Source: Candidatus Pacearchaeota archaeon (lineage in GTDB: Archaea > Nanobdellota > Nanobdellia > Pacearchaeales > GW2011-AR1). From it: DNA of 64,000 nucleotides. The position numbers were made by a program, and so were the translations under genes. Of the stretch, positions 45,482 through 53,793 are shown one piece after another. The stretch's first letter is position 1, and each line of letters starts with the position of its first letter. The stretch covers positions 2,486-66,485 of the forward strand of contig JAGVXB010000033.1 of assembly GCA_018303995.1 (NCBI GenBank), read 5' to 3'. Below the pieces are notes generated by a model. It made no database searches and was not told the origin of the DNA. It was given only the letters and a program-made list of their open reading frames with translations.

Positions 45482-45919
45482 ATGAAAGTCATAGGATTTA
45501 ATCTTGAAGAAATTAGTGCTAAAAAACCTAATGAATTTAAACGTTCTAATATAAGTACAGATGTTACATTTAACGAAGTAGATAAATCTAAACTAGATGT
45601 TTTAAAAGACAATGAAACAATCAAAGCAAGTTTCAAATTTCAAGTAAGTTACAAAGATGCTGACAACAAAAACGAACTAAAAAATGAAGTTACAATAACA
45701 GGCTCATTATTATTAATGGTAACTAAAGACGAATCAAAAGAATTTATTAAAGCTTGGAAAAACAAAAAACTACCTGAAGATAAAATGCTCGGATTATATA
45801 ATTTCATCTTAAGAAAATGTTCCGTTCGTGCATTACAATTAGAAGAAGAATTGGGCCTTCAACCACATATCCCTTTCCCACAAGTAAAAGCGCAACAACA
45901 ATCTCAAAAAACAAATTAA
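45482..45919 (+). CDS. Hypothetical protein
   Basis: 145-aa ORF with coding-like composition. No motif confidently recognised. Confidence 0.45.
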   Translation: MKVIGFNLEEISAKKPNEFKRSNISTDVTFNEVDKSKLDVLKDNETIKASFKFQVSYKDADNKNELKNEVTITGSLLLMVTKDESKEFIKAWKNKKLPEDKMLGLYNFILRKCSVRALQLEEELGLQPHIPFPQVKAQQQSQKTN

Positions 45920-46647
45920 TATTTAATCTTCCTTAGCTTTCCAAAATCCAACACTTTCAAATTTGAACTAACAACCTTAACTTCAAAATTCATTAAATCA
46001 AATTCCCATGCAAATCTCAAATCAAACTCGCGAGCATCAGTTCCTTCAATAAGAGGAAAAAAACTAGGTACAATTATAACTTCTTTTTTCTTTTTTCCAG
46101 TCTCCTTATACACCCCAACTAAAAAACACTTATATTTCTCTTTCTTAACGCCTTCGTACAAAGTCACAGCAGGATGTCCATGCCCAAGCACCCAATAATT
46201 AACATTATCAGAATATAATTCATCAAACTTCTTATCTCCATGAGCAAAAGCAACACTATTCCAAATAAAAAAGTCTACGGCAACAATACCAAGCTTATTC
46301 AAAACAGGAAATAATACCACATCATGATTCCCCTCAATAATAACTAATTTACTACATCTGGTCCTAACATATTCTATAAATTTAACAATCAAATTCCATT
46401 CATCTTGTAAAATAAATCCAAACTCATGTTTAATATCTCCAAGCATAATTATATTTTCAACAAACCCTCCAACACCACTAATAATCAAATCAAAATCAGA
46501 AACACATTTATCATAAAGCTTTACAGGAATCATAACTCCAGAAGCCCTCATTGCACCCTCATATCCCAAATGAAGATCCCCAATTACAAGCGTTCTTTCA
46601 CCATTTTCCTCAAGCAACAAACATTTTCCAATATAATCTATTTTCAT
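45916..46647 (-). CDS. Metallophosphoesterase (MPE, Lhr-associated type)
   Basis: The motifs are VIGDLHLG, GDIKHEF, EGNHD and GHGHPA. It overlaps the Lhr gene by 4 nt. Confidence 0.8.
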   Translation of the reverse strand: MKIDYIGKCLLLEENGERTLVIGDLHLGYEGAMRASGVMIPVKLYDKCVSDFDLIISGVGGFVENIIMLGDIKHEFGFILQDEWNLIVKFIEYVRTRCSKLVIIEGNHDVVLFPVLNKLGIVAVDFFIWNSVAFAHGDKKFDELYSDNVNYWVLGHGHPAVTLYEGVKKEKYKCFLVGVYKETGKKKKEVIIVPSFFPLIEGTDAREFDLRFAWEFDLMNFEVKVVSSNLKVLDFGKLRKIKY

Positions 46648-49229
46648 CTTCCCTCAATAACTTTCAAATGCAATTCATGCATCCTCTTCAAAAAGTTAAT
46701 TCTATCTTCTACTTTAACAAAATCTGAATGGCTCTGAGTCAATAAAATCAATCCAAATGGAGAAACTAAAGGAGTTTTAATAATTGAAATTTCAATCTCT
46801 TTCTTCTCAATTTTCTTCAAAACCTCTTCAGCATGGTTAATATCCATCAAATCATTCAAAACTTCTCGTCTAGCCTCGCGCAATATAGGAAAATCTTTGC
46901 TCAATTCATTAACAGCACTCAATAGAAAATGAGAATGCATTTGCTGTTTTCCAACACTCTTACTACGACCCTTATAATTTCTAAGTATCATCAAACTTCT
47001 CGCAGCACAATGCCTAAATCTTCTTCGTAAAACATCTGTCTTATCTATTGCCTCATCAAGAATCTTCCTTAAATTAAGGCTAGTCACTCCTTTCAATATC
47101 TTATTTACATCAAGATTCTCTCCAGAAATAAAAAACCCATTATCATTTATTCCAACTTCTATATCTCTATGTTTCAATTGAGCCGCAACATAAGCATATG
47201 CTCTAGACAAAGCATCATTAACGCGCCGTCCGTAAAGTGAATGAAAGAGTAAATATTCTTTTTCTTGCTTAAATTGTTCAACAATTAATTTCTTATTTGT
47301 AGGAATGTCAGAAAAATCTCTCTGTTCAAGGCAATATCTATATATCTGCCCTGCAGTCTCACTAGAACAATAAACATAATCTTTTATGAATTTAACACAC
47401 TCCAAAGAATTACTCAATCTTTCAGCAATAAGTCCTCTAAACTTCCCAATAGCACAAGCAACATCATAACTTAAAGGCAACTGCTCAGAAAACCAAGAAG
47501 GAATAGTCGGCTGTCTAGAAACATTTGCAATAACATACGCCTTCATACCTTTACTATGAATAAACTGATACTTAGCTCCGCCTAAAACAAAAACATCTCC
47601 CTTCTTCATCTTCTCCAAAAAAGCCTCATCAATACTCCCGACGGTAGACCCCTTCGCTTCCCCTGAACCAACAACAACAGAAATAAATCCTTCCTCGGGA
47701 ATCGTCCCAATATTTGTCAAATAAATAAGACGAGCGAGCTTTCCCCTCTTTCCAACTTGTTTAGTTGAAGTATCATACCATATTTTAGCATAAACATTTC
47801 TATGTTCCAAATCATAATCTCCACACAAATAACTAATAACGCTCATAAAATCCTCCTTACTTAATGTATAATAACAATAACTATTTCTTATCAACTTCAA
47901 CATCTCGTCAATATCCCAAATTCTAGAGATGGCCATTCCGTAAATATGTTGTGCAAGTACATCTAAAGCATTAACTGGAATATCTACTCTATCAATTATC
48001 TTCTCTTTCATATTTTTCATCAATATAGCACACTCCATTAAATCATCCCTATCCATTACTACAAATCTTCCTTTCGGATTAGCATGTAATTGATGTCCTG
48101 CGCGACCAATTCTCTGAAGAGCTCTCGAAACACTTTTAGGAGAACGGAGTAATACAACTAAATCTATAGAACCAATGTCAATTCCTAACTCGAGGCTAGT
48201 ACTAGAAACTGCAACTTTCAAATCTCCCTTACGTAATCTCTCCTCAATCATAAATCTCTGATCCTTACTCATAGAACTATGATGTGCTCCAATCAACCCA
48301 GAATACTTTCCAGGAAAATGATCATCAAGATAATGGATTATTCTTTCAGTAGCATTCCTAGTATTAGTAAATATCAATGTAGTCTTATGGTTCTGAATTA
48401 ATTCATCGAGAATATGATACAACCTCTTCTGATCTTCGGCACCATCCATAGTAAGCAAATCTACTCCCGGACTAATCAATCCAATATCAATATCTTTCAC
48501 AAGTTCAACTTTAGCAATTAAGCAATCGCGATTAGTTCCAACTAAAAACTTAGCTATCTCTTCAATTGGAGCAATAGTAGCACTCAACCCAATTCGAACT
48601 GGCGTTATTACACTAAACTCTTGAAGTCTCTCAAGCATCAAGCTAAGAAAAACCCCTCTCTTATTTGCAAGAGCGTGAATCTCATCAACAACAACAAACT
48701 CCAGCGCACGTAAATTTTCAGAAAACTTAGGCGCAGTAAGTACAATAGCTAAACTTTCAGGAGTAGTCACAAAAATATGAGGTACCTTACGAGTCATCTT
48801 CGCCCTCTCAGAGACACTAGTATCTCCCGTACGAAGCCCCACACGAATAGTCTGCATCTTCAAGCCCTTCGCAGTAGCCAGCTCAGTAATCTCGGCAAGT
48901 GGCTTCTCAAGATTAACAAATATATCTCCACTCAATGCTCTTAATGGACTCACATAAACAGCATACATCTTATCCTCAAGCTCGTTCCGCAATGCAATCC
49001 CTACTAAATAATTCAAAATGCTCAAAAAAGCAGTAAGCGTCTTAGTCCCTCCAGTAGGCGCAGAAATCAAAATATTTCTGCGTTCATGTATAGGAGCAAC
49101 CCCATAAAGCTGCGTTAGTGAAAAATCTCTAAACTTTCCAAAAAACCATTCAGCAACAATAGGATGTAGCATTCTCTTTACTTCCGCACTTCCACGTGCC
49201 TCAATAAATTCTATTTTATTTTCTTTCAT
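46644..49229 (-). CDS. lhr: Lhr-like (Lhr-Core) ATP-dependent helicase
   Basis: The motifs are APTGGTKT, VVDEIHAL, SATI and QRIGRAGH, followed by a long C-terminal Lhr-type WH/domain-4 region. 861 aa. Confidence 0.88.
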   Translation of the reverse strand: MKENKIEFIEARGSAEVKRMLHPIVAEWFFGKFRDFSLTQLYGVAPIHERRNILISAPTGGTKTLTAFLSILNYLVGIALRNELEDKMYAVYVSPLRALSGDIFVNLEKPLAEITELATAKGLKMQTIRVGLRTGDTSVSERAKMTRKVPHIFVTTPESLAIVLTAPKFSENLRALEFVVVDEIHALANKRGVFLSLMLERLQEFSVITPVRIGLSATIAPIEEIAKFLVGTNRDCLIAKVELVKDIDIGLISPGVDLLTMDGAEDQKRLYHILDELIQNHKTTLIFTNTRNATERIIHYLDDHFPGKYSGLIGAHHSSMSKDQRFMIEERLRKGDLKVAVSSTSLELGIDIGSIDLVVLLRSPKSVSRALQRIGRAGHQLHANPKGRFVVMDRDDLMECAILMKNMKEKIIDRVDIPVNALDVLAQHIYGMAISRIWDIDEMLKLIRNSYCYYTLSKEDFMSVISYLCGDYDLEHRNVYAKIWYDTSTKQVGKRGKLARLIYLTNIGTIPEEGFISVVVGSGEAKGSTVGSIDEAFLEKMKKGDVFVLGGAKYQFIHSKGMKAYVIANVSRQPTIPSWFSEQLPLSYDVACAIGKFRGLIAERLSNSLECVKFIKDYVYCSSETAGQIYRYCLEQRDFSDIPTNKKLIVEQFKQEKEYLLFHSLYGRRVNDALSRAYAYVAAQLKHRDIEVGINDNGFFISGENLDVNKILKGVTSLNLRKILDEAIDKTDVLRRRFRHCAARSLMILRNYKGRSKSVGKQQMHSHFLLSAVNELSKDFPILREARREVLNDLMDINHAEEVLKKIEKKEIEISIIKTPLVSPFGLILLTQSHSDFVKVEDRINFLKRMHELHLKVIEGR

Positions 49230-49345
49230 AGAGTATTTTCAAAGTAGAACCAACATATAAAAACCTCTTTATTACCAAAAAATCAAACTAATCTAATACC
49301 TAAACAACAGCATTATTTTCTTTACTCTATAAACATATCTAAAAA

Positions 49346-49618
49346 TCAGACTGAATTAACTTTTATATAATAGCCTCTAACTCTACCGGTGAGACTTCTC
49401 TTAACTCCTACTTCAAATCTTCTTTCTCCAACATTTCGAGCCATCAATCTTTCAATCATAATTTCTTTAGCTCTATTTGCGCATAAAACTTCTTGAGCCA
49501 GGTCAGGCCTAATATCAACAATAACTCTAGCAATATCTGACTGTTGCTGAACGGCCAAGCTAAGGTCTTCACAAGAATAAAACTCATAGCTTACATTTCT
49601 TCTCTTAGCATAACTCAT
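49346..49618 (-). CDS. Hypothetical protein (short form, 90 aa)
   Basis: The track ORF extends to 49891, but its N-terminal 91 aa are antisense to the better-looking + gene. I start at MSYAKRRNVSYEF. Confidence 0.4.
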   Translation of the reverse strand: MSYAKRRNVSYEFYSCEDLSLAVQQQSDIARVIVDIRPDLAQEVLCANRAKEIMIERLMARNVGERRFEVGVKRSLTGRVRGYYIKVNSV

Positions 49619-49718
49619 AAAAAAACCACTTTTTAAAGGTATAAATATCTTTCTATTTTTCAATCTATATTCAAGCCCCCTACTTAAACTATAAAAACAT
49701 TGCCAAACACAAAATCCT

Positions 49719-49988
49719 ATGCCTTCAATATCAAAAAAGAAACGCAATAAAATTTCAGAACAAATTCTTTCATATTTATATAACACTTCTCCAGAAGCTA
49801 GCTTCACTGTCAAAATAGCAGAAGAAATAATCAGAGATGAAGAGTTTACCAAATCCCTTTTAGAAGAACTAGAAAAAAGCAAACTAGTCACAAAAGTAAC
49901 AAAAGGACCAAATGGCCAAGATTATCAGAGATGGGAGCGTTGGCGCATGTCCAATGCAGCCTTCGAGGCTTATAAGAACCTGCGTTAA
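49719..49988 (+). CDS. Small winged-helix-like DNA-binding protein
   Basis: ISEQILSYLYNTSPEASFTVKIAEEIIRDEEFTKSLLEELEKSKLVTKV has a wHTH-like pattern. Confidence 0.45.
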   Translation: MPSISKKKRNKISEQILSYLYNTSPEASFTVKIAEEIIRDEEFTKSLLEELEKSKLVTKVTKGPNGQDYQRWERWRMSNAAFEAYKNLR

Positions 49989-50629
49989 TCTATTCTAATC
50001 CCTGCCCTCAAATCTTGATTTTGTTTCATCTTCCTTAAAATCTCATATGTTCTCCCAACTCCTTCATGCCCTGCTAAGTTAAGCTCTCCAAAAATTCTTT
50101 CTACTTTTCTCTGTCCATTCAAATTTTGCTCTTTAAATTGAGAGACATCTATTTTTTGAATATAATCTCTAGCGCTTCTAGAAATAACCATTGCGAGAAA
50201 AGGATCAATTGCCTGCATTAACAAAAATTCTCCTAATGCTGAGCCATTAACATAGCTATGAGGCCATATCTTCTTCTCAAATGTAGAAATCCAATGTCCC
50301 TTACAAGCAATCCTGGCGACATCATCAAGCCCTCTTTCATGCCCTTCCAAGCCCCCCAACACCCTCTTCAAAAGCCCATATATCATTCCAGCTCTTACTC
50401 TATATTCTCTTAAAGAATAAACCTCCAGTTCTTTTTTAATATCTTTTACTTTTTCAATATCAGTTGCTCTTCTCCTCAAAGATTCAGATCTCATCGAATA
50501 GAATTTTTCTTTTAATGGAGCAAGCACTCTAAAATAATCATTAACACTTTCTCTTTCATATTCAGGTCCCAAATCTCTCATCAAACAAATCTCTGCATCT
50601 TTATTTCCCGTGAGCTTAGGGATTTCCAT
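49985..50629 (-). CDS. Hypothetical protein
   Basis: 214 aa. No motif recognised. Its stop overlaps the convergent gene's stop within TTAA. Confidence 0.45.
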   Translation of the reverse strand: MEIPKLTGNKDAEICLMRDLGPEYERESVNDYFRVLAPLKEKFYSMRSESLRRRATDIEKVKDIKKELEVYSLREYRVRAGMIYGLLKRVLGGLEGHERGLDDVARIACKGHWISTFEKKIWPHSYVNGSALGEFLLMQAIDPFLAMVISRSARDYIQKIDVSQFKEQNLNGQRKVERIFGELNLAGHEGVGRTYEILRKMKQNQDLRAGIRID

Positions 50630-50689
50630 AATTCTCTTTCAAAACACCACAATATAAATCTTTATATTCCAACCAATTATAAAAATACC

Positions 50690-51349
50690 ATGTCCGACCC
50701 TCTAAAAGAAGCATTTACAAAAGTAAGGCAAGATATTGAATACCTATACCAAGAATTAGCCGACATCAAACAATCATTATACGAACTCAAAGAACAACAA
50801 TCAAACCAACCAACAAACCAACACATAACTCCAACACAAGAAACAAGCATTCCAACACAGTATTTGCCTCAATACGGCCCAATCTCTGGAAATAATGCCT
50901 TTTCCATAGGAAATAAAGGGGTTCCAACAAACCAACCAACAAACCAACCAACAAACCAACACCCCCTTATTTCCACTCCAACACAACCAATAAGTTCGTT
51001 TAATGACAAAATAAGCAACCTCCACAGAGTTTCAGAACTTCTAGGAACTCTCGACGATTTAAAAAAAGAAGTTCGTTTAAAATTCAAGAAACTCACAGAA
51101 CAAGAAATGGTTGTTTACAGCTCAATCTACAGCTTAGAAGATCAAGGATTCATGGTAGATTATTCTCTTTTAGCTCAAAAAACAAATCTCAGCGAAATTT
51201 CTATACGAGATTACATAAGAAAAATCATTCAAAAACAAATTCCTTTAATAAAATCAAAAGAATCGAATAAAAAAGTGCTTCTTTCAATCCCGCAGGATCT
51301 AAAAAGAATCGCTCCTCTCAACATAATCCTTCAATTAAGAAATATCTAG
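50690..51349 (+). CDS. Coiled-coil / low-complexity linker / C-terminal wHTH protein
   Basis: The N-terminal coiled coil is followed by PTNQ repeats. The C-terminus is LTEQEMVVYSSIYSLEDQGFMVDYSLLAQKTNLSEISIRDYIRKI. Confidence 0.5.
   Translation: MSDPLKEAFTKVRQDIEYLYQELADIKQSLYELKEQQSNQPTNQHITPTQETSIPTQYLPQYGPISGNNAFSIGNKGVPTNQPTNQPTNQHPLISTPTQPISSFNDKISNLHRVSELLGTLDDLKKEVRLKFKKLTEQEMVVYSSIYSLEDQGFMVDYSLLAQKTNLSEISIRDYIRKIIQKQIPLIKSKESNKKVLLSIPQDLKRIAPLNIILQLRNI
50924..50959. repeat. 12-nt tandem repeat x3 (CCAACAAACCAA) encoding (PTNQ)n
   Basis: Read directly from the sequence. A further unit is at 50810-50821. Confidence 0.85.
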
Positions 51350-51687
51350 CTCGCTACACCGAATACAAATAGTGTTCTCACTAATTCTCTTAAAAAGCCG
51401 TAAATGTCTCAAAATCAAGCTCTTTAAGGCTTAATCTCTCTTTTTACAACTCCCCTCTCTTTGACTCAATCAGACTATATGCTCTCCACACGGCATAAAG
51501 CCCTCACTTTTCACTCATTTTTACATCATTTTAGACATCTTTTTTTGAATCTGCATCTCTTAATCATTTTAATCCATTTTTCTCTCACTTTTTGTCTCAA
51601 ATTATCATATCTTTAGGTAATTTCTTATATTTTTTGTTTTCTTTAACTCTCACTTTTGCGTATTTCTCTAGTTTGTTACGAACTTCT

Positions 51688-52200
51688 TCACTCACAAACA
51701 CTCTTCTCATTCTTCTGTTTTATTGCATTTATTTGGCCTCTAATTGTGGCTCTCTCTTTACCCAAAAGACGAGCTATATCTTCATAACTCAGCTTTAATT
51801 CCGTATTCATAAGTGTAAAAACTATAAGTCTTTCATTACTACTTAATCCTCTCAAAATATCATGAAAATTGCCTGTTTGAACAGCTGTTTGAACAGGTTC
51901 TTGAACACCATAAACAGCAGGCTGTTCATCTAAAACGGCCGTTTTTTCAAACACCTGTTTATGTTCAACAGCTAAATTGGTTAAAGAAACTGCTTCTTTA
52001 ACTCCATCAATATCATCTTTTATCGACGCCAATTCTCTTTTTAGTTCAGAAATCAAATCAAACAGCTGTTTATCATTAGCATTTAGGTGTTTAACCCACT
52101 TTCCAACGCCTTCAAAGTCTTTTCGCACTTCAGAAAAACCCTTTCTCGTCTCGCTTTCAAGTTTATCTATTTTCTTTGAAGACTTAAACAACCCAAACAT
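51688..52200 (-). CDS. Coiled-coil / linker / C-terminal HTH protein
   Basis: It has the same architecture as 50690-51349. The C-terminus is LSSNERLIVFTLMNTELKLSYEDIARLLGKERATIRGQINAIKQK. Confidence 0.55.
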   Translation of the reverse strand: MFGLFKSSKKIDKLESETRKGFSEVRKDFEGVGKWVKHLNANDKQLFDLISELKRELASIKDDIDGVKEAVSLTNLAVEHKQVFEKTAVLDEQPAVYGVQEPVQTAVQTGNFHDILRGLSSNERLIVFTLMNTELKLSYEDIARLLGKERATIRGQINAIKQKNEKSVCE

Positions 52201-52306
52201 ATTAATTTATAGACGTAAAGAGTATATAAATCTTGCTGTTTTTTGTGCCCACTAGTAGCAAAAACAAACACCTTTAAACAACCAATAAACACCCCATATG
52301 TCAAAA

Positions 52307-52325
52307 CAAACAGCTGTTTAAACAC
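52307..52325. repeat. 19-nt perfect direct repeat CAAACAGCTGTTTAAACAC (copy 1)
   Basis: Identical to 52800-52818. Confidence 0.85.
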
Positions 52326-52494
52326 TTATCAACAGCTGTTCAAGTTTTTTAACATTTAAACACCCCTTTATAAAAACTCAAAGAAACATCAAAAAACCTC
52401 GCAAAAACAACCAAAACTCATCAAAAAAGGTAAAAATATTTAAACAGCTGTTTCCTTTAATGAACATCTTTTAAAAGAGATGAAAGGAGGTCAA

Positions 52495-52670
52495 ATGGCA
52501 AAAACAACAGCTTGGTTGGTAACGATTATAGGTCTTCTTTTATTGTTAAAGGTAATGGGAGTACGGTAATGGGAGTACTTGCAGTAATCACAGATTATAA
52601 TGATTGGTTAATCGCTATTGCAGTGCTCGTAATAGGCATCACAAAGCTTATGAGAAACTACAAGAAATAA
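52495..52670 (+). pseudogene. Small 2-TM membrane protein gene disrupted by a 14-nt tandem duplication
   Basis: A GGAGG lies 5 nt upstream of the ATG. As read, the gene gives 24 aa (MAKTTAWLVTIIGLLLLLKVMGVR*) and then 33 aa (MGVLAVITDYNDWLIAIAVLVIGITKLMRNYKK*). Removing one copy of GGTAATGGGAGTAC restores one 53-aa ORF. Confidence 0.55.
52551..52578. repeat. Perfect 14-nt tandem duplication GGTAATGGGAGTAC x2
   Basis: Read directly from the sequence. Confidence 0.9.
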
Positions 52671-52746
52671 ACCTTGTTTTTCTAATTTTATTTTTCTTTT
52701 TTACTTTATTTTTCACATATTTATCAAAAAACTTGCCTCTATAAGG

Positions 52747-52776
52747 GCGAGCGCCGAAGGCGCGAGTTGCGCCGAC
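52747..52776. repeat. GC-rich hairpin-containing element, copy A (GCGAGCGCCGAAGGCGCGAGTTGCGCCGAC)
   Basis: The hairpin is GCGCC-GAA-GGCGC. The element is similar to 54399-54427. Confidence 0.6.
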
Positions 52777-52799
52777 AAACACAAACGCCCTAAAAAATG

Positions 52800-52818
52800 C
52801 AAACAGCTGTTTAAACAC
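52800..52818. repeat. 19-nt perfect direct repeat CAAACAGCTGTTTAAACAC (copy 2)
   Basis: Identical to 52307-52325. Confidence 0.85.
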
Positions 52819-52925
52819 CCCCGCAGCGTCGATAAAACGCCCGTTTAAAACACCATCAAACACTCCAACAATCAATCAAACCAACAATCAAAAAAGTATA
52901 AAAACTCCTAAAACAAACAAGTAAT

Positions 52926-53234
52926 ATGAAACAAATCTTCTCAGAGTTCAAAGAATTTCTAAAAGAATACAAAATAATAGGGCTTGCTGTAGCTTTTATA
53001 ATTGGTGTAGCTGCAACAGCATTAGTCAAATCATTTGTCGACAACATAATAATGCCCATAATTACCCCATTCATTCCAGGAGGCCAATGGCAAACTGCAA
53101 CATGGACAATAGGCCCAATAGTTCTAAGCTGGGGTGCATTCTTAGGATCAGCAATTAATTTCATAATTATCGCATTGGTAGTCTTCGCAATAGCAAAAGC
53201 AATTTTAAGAGAAGAAAAAGTATCTAAAAAGTAA
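52926..53234 (+). CDS. mscL: Large-conductance mechanosensitive channel MscL
   Basis: FKEFLKEYKIIGLAVAFIIGVAATALVKSFVDNIIMPII plus a second TM helix. 102 aa. Confidence 0.85.
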   Translation: MKQIFSEFKEFLKEYKIIGLAVAFIIGVAATALVKSFVDNIIMPIITPFIPGGQWQTATWTIGPIVLSWGAFLGSAINFIIIALVVFAIAKAILREEKVSKK

Positions 53235-53274
53235 ATGCATAACTACTTAAACTCCAAGCACCTAGTAATAAAGT

Positions 53275-53439
53275 ATGGTTTCATTAGTCTTAACATTATC
53301 TGCAATCATGGCTATAATCGTAGGCCTCTTAGTTTTAATCTGGCCAAAGTTCCTCAGGGTAGCGGTAGGCCTTTACCTTCTAATCTTTGGAATCCTTCAA
53401 CTATTAAACATTAACCTAGACCTTTCACCATTGGGTTAA
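53275..53439 (+). CDS. Small 2-TM protein (DUF3096-like, 54 aa), not in the ORF track
   Basis: MVSLVLTLSAIMAIIVGLLVLIWPKFLRVAVGLYLLIFGILQLLNINLDLSPLG. Confidence 0.5.
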   Translation: MVSLVLTLSAIMAIIVGLLVLIWPKFLRVAVGLYLLIFGILQLLNINLDLSPLG

Positions 53440-53479
53440 AATCAACAAATCTTTCTAGCAAAAGCTAAATCTTTCAGCA
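53440..53479. repeat. Degenerate copies of the 3'-flank element (AATCAACAAATCTTTCTAGCA, GCTAAATCTTTCAGCA)
   Basis: Similar to the 27-mers at 54299 and 55339. It starts directly after a stop codon. Confidence 0.45.
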
Positions 53480-53563
53480 AGAATCAGACCAATTTTTAGT
53501 CGATTTATAAACCTTTATCAAGCTTTTTATAGTCGTGAAACCTATCATTTAAGGAGGTAAATC

Positions 53564-53713
53564 ATGGCAAAAAAGGATCAAGCAATGAAGGCCCCAGTTG
53601 AAGCAGTAAAACCAACAATAAATGTTGCACCTGCTACAACTCAAATGTCTTCAGCACCTAAAACAACTGTTCAGGAAAACCCTGCTTCAGTCGTTGCAAA
53701 CAAGAAGAAGTGA
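53564..53713 (+). CDS. Candidate 49-aa protein, not in the ORF track
   Basis: AAGGAGGT lies 5 nt upstream of the ATG. The sequence is MAKKDQAMKAPVEAVKPTINVAPATTQMSSAPKTTVQENPASVVANKKK. Confidence 0.4.
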   Translation: MAKKDQAMKAPVEAVKPTINVAPATTQMSSAPKTTVQENPASVVANKKK

Positions 53714-53793
53714 TCAATATCACAAATTCTTAATTTTATTTTTTTATTTTTATTAAACGAAAGAATTATTAACCTAAAAACATTCAACAAATC

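Larger units (their letters stand above)
51880..52811. repeat. Cluster of six copies of the 10-bp palindrome AACAGCTGTT
   Basis: The copies start at 51880, 52061, 52309, 52331, 52443 and 52802. Four are extended to AAACAGCTGTTT. Related near-palindromes (AAAACGGCCGTTTT, AAACACCTGTTT) lie at about 51930-51965. Confidence 0.85.

Noticed and set aside
45482-45919. Impression that the 145-aa protein resembles a SecB-like chaperone (beta-rich N-terminal half, C-terminal helix LGLQPHIPFP).
   Set aside because: This is only a vague pattern similarity from memory. It is not enough to call and needs a profile or structure search.
49346-49891. Long (181 aa) form of the minus-strand ORF.
   Set aside because: Its N-terminal 91 residues (Ser/Leu-rich) are antisense to the better-looking wHTH gene 49719-49988. 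I kept only the C-terminal 90 aa from the internal Met.
51592-51798. 68-aa + strand ORF in the G-poor tract.
   Set aside because: It is a low-complexity Leu/Ser/Phe translation of a skewed non-coding-like tract and overlaps the 3' end of 51688-52200.
52648-53164. Minus-strand ORFs 52648-52875 and 52856-53164.
   Set aside because: The second is antisense to the well-supported mscL. The first spans the repeat and GC-hairpin region and has an Arg/Phe/Lys-rich, non-coding-like composition.
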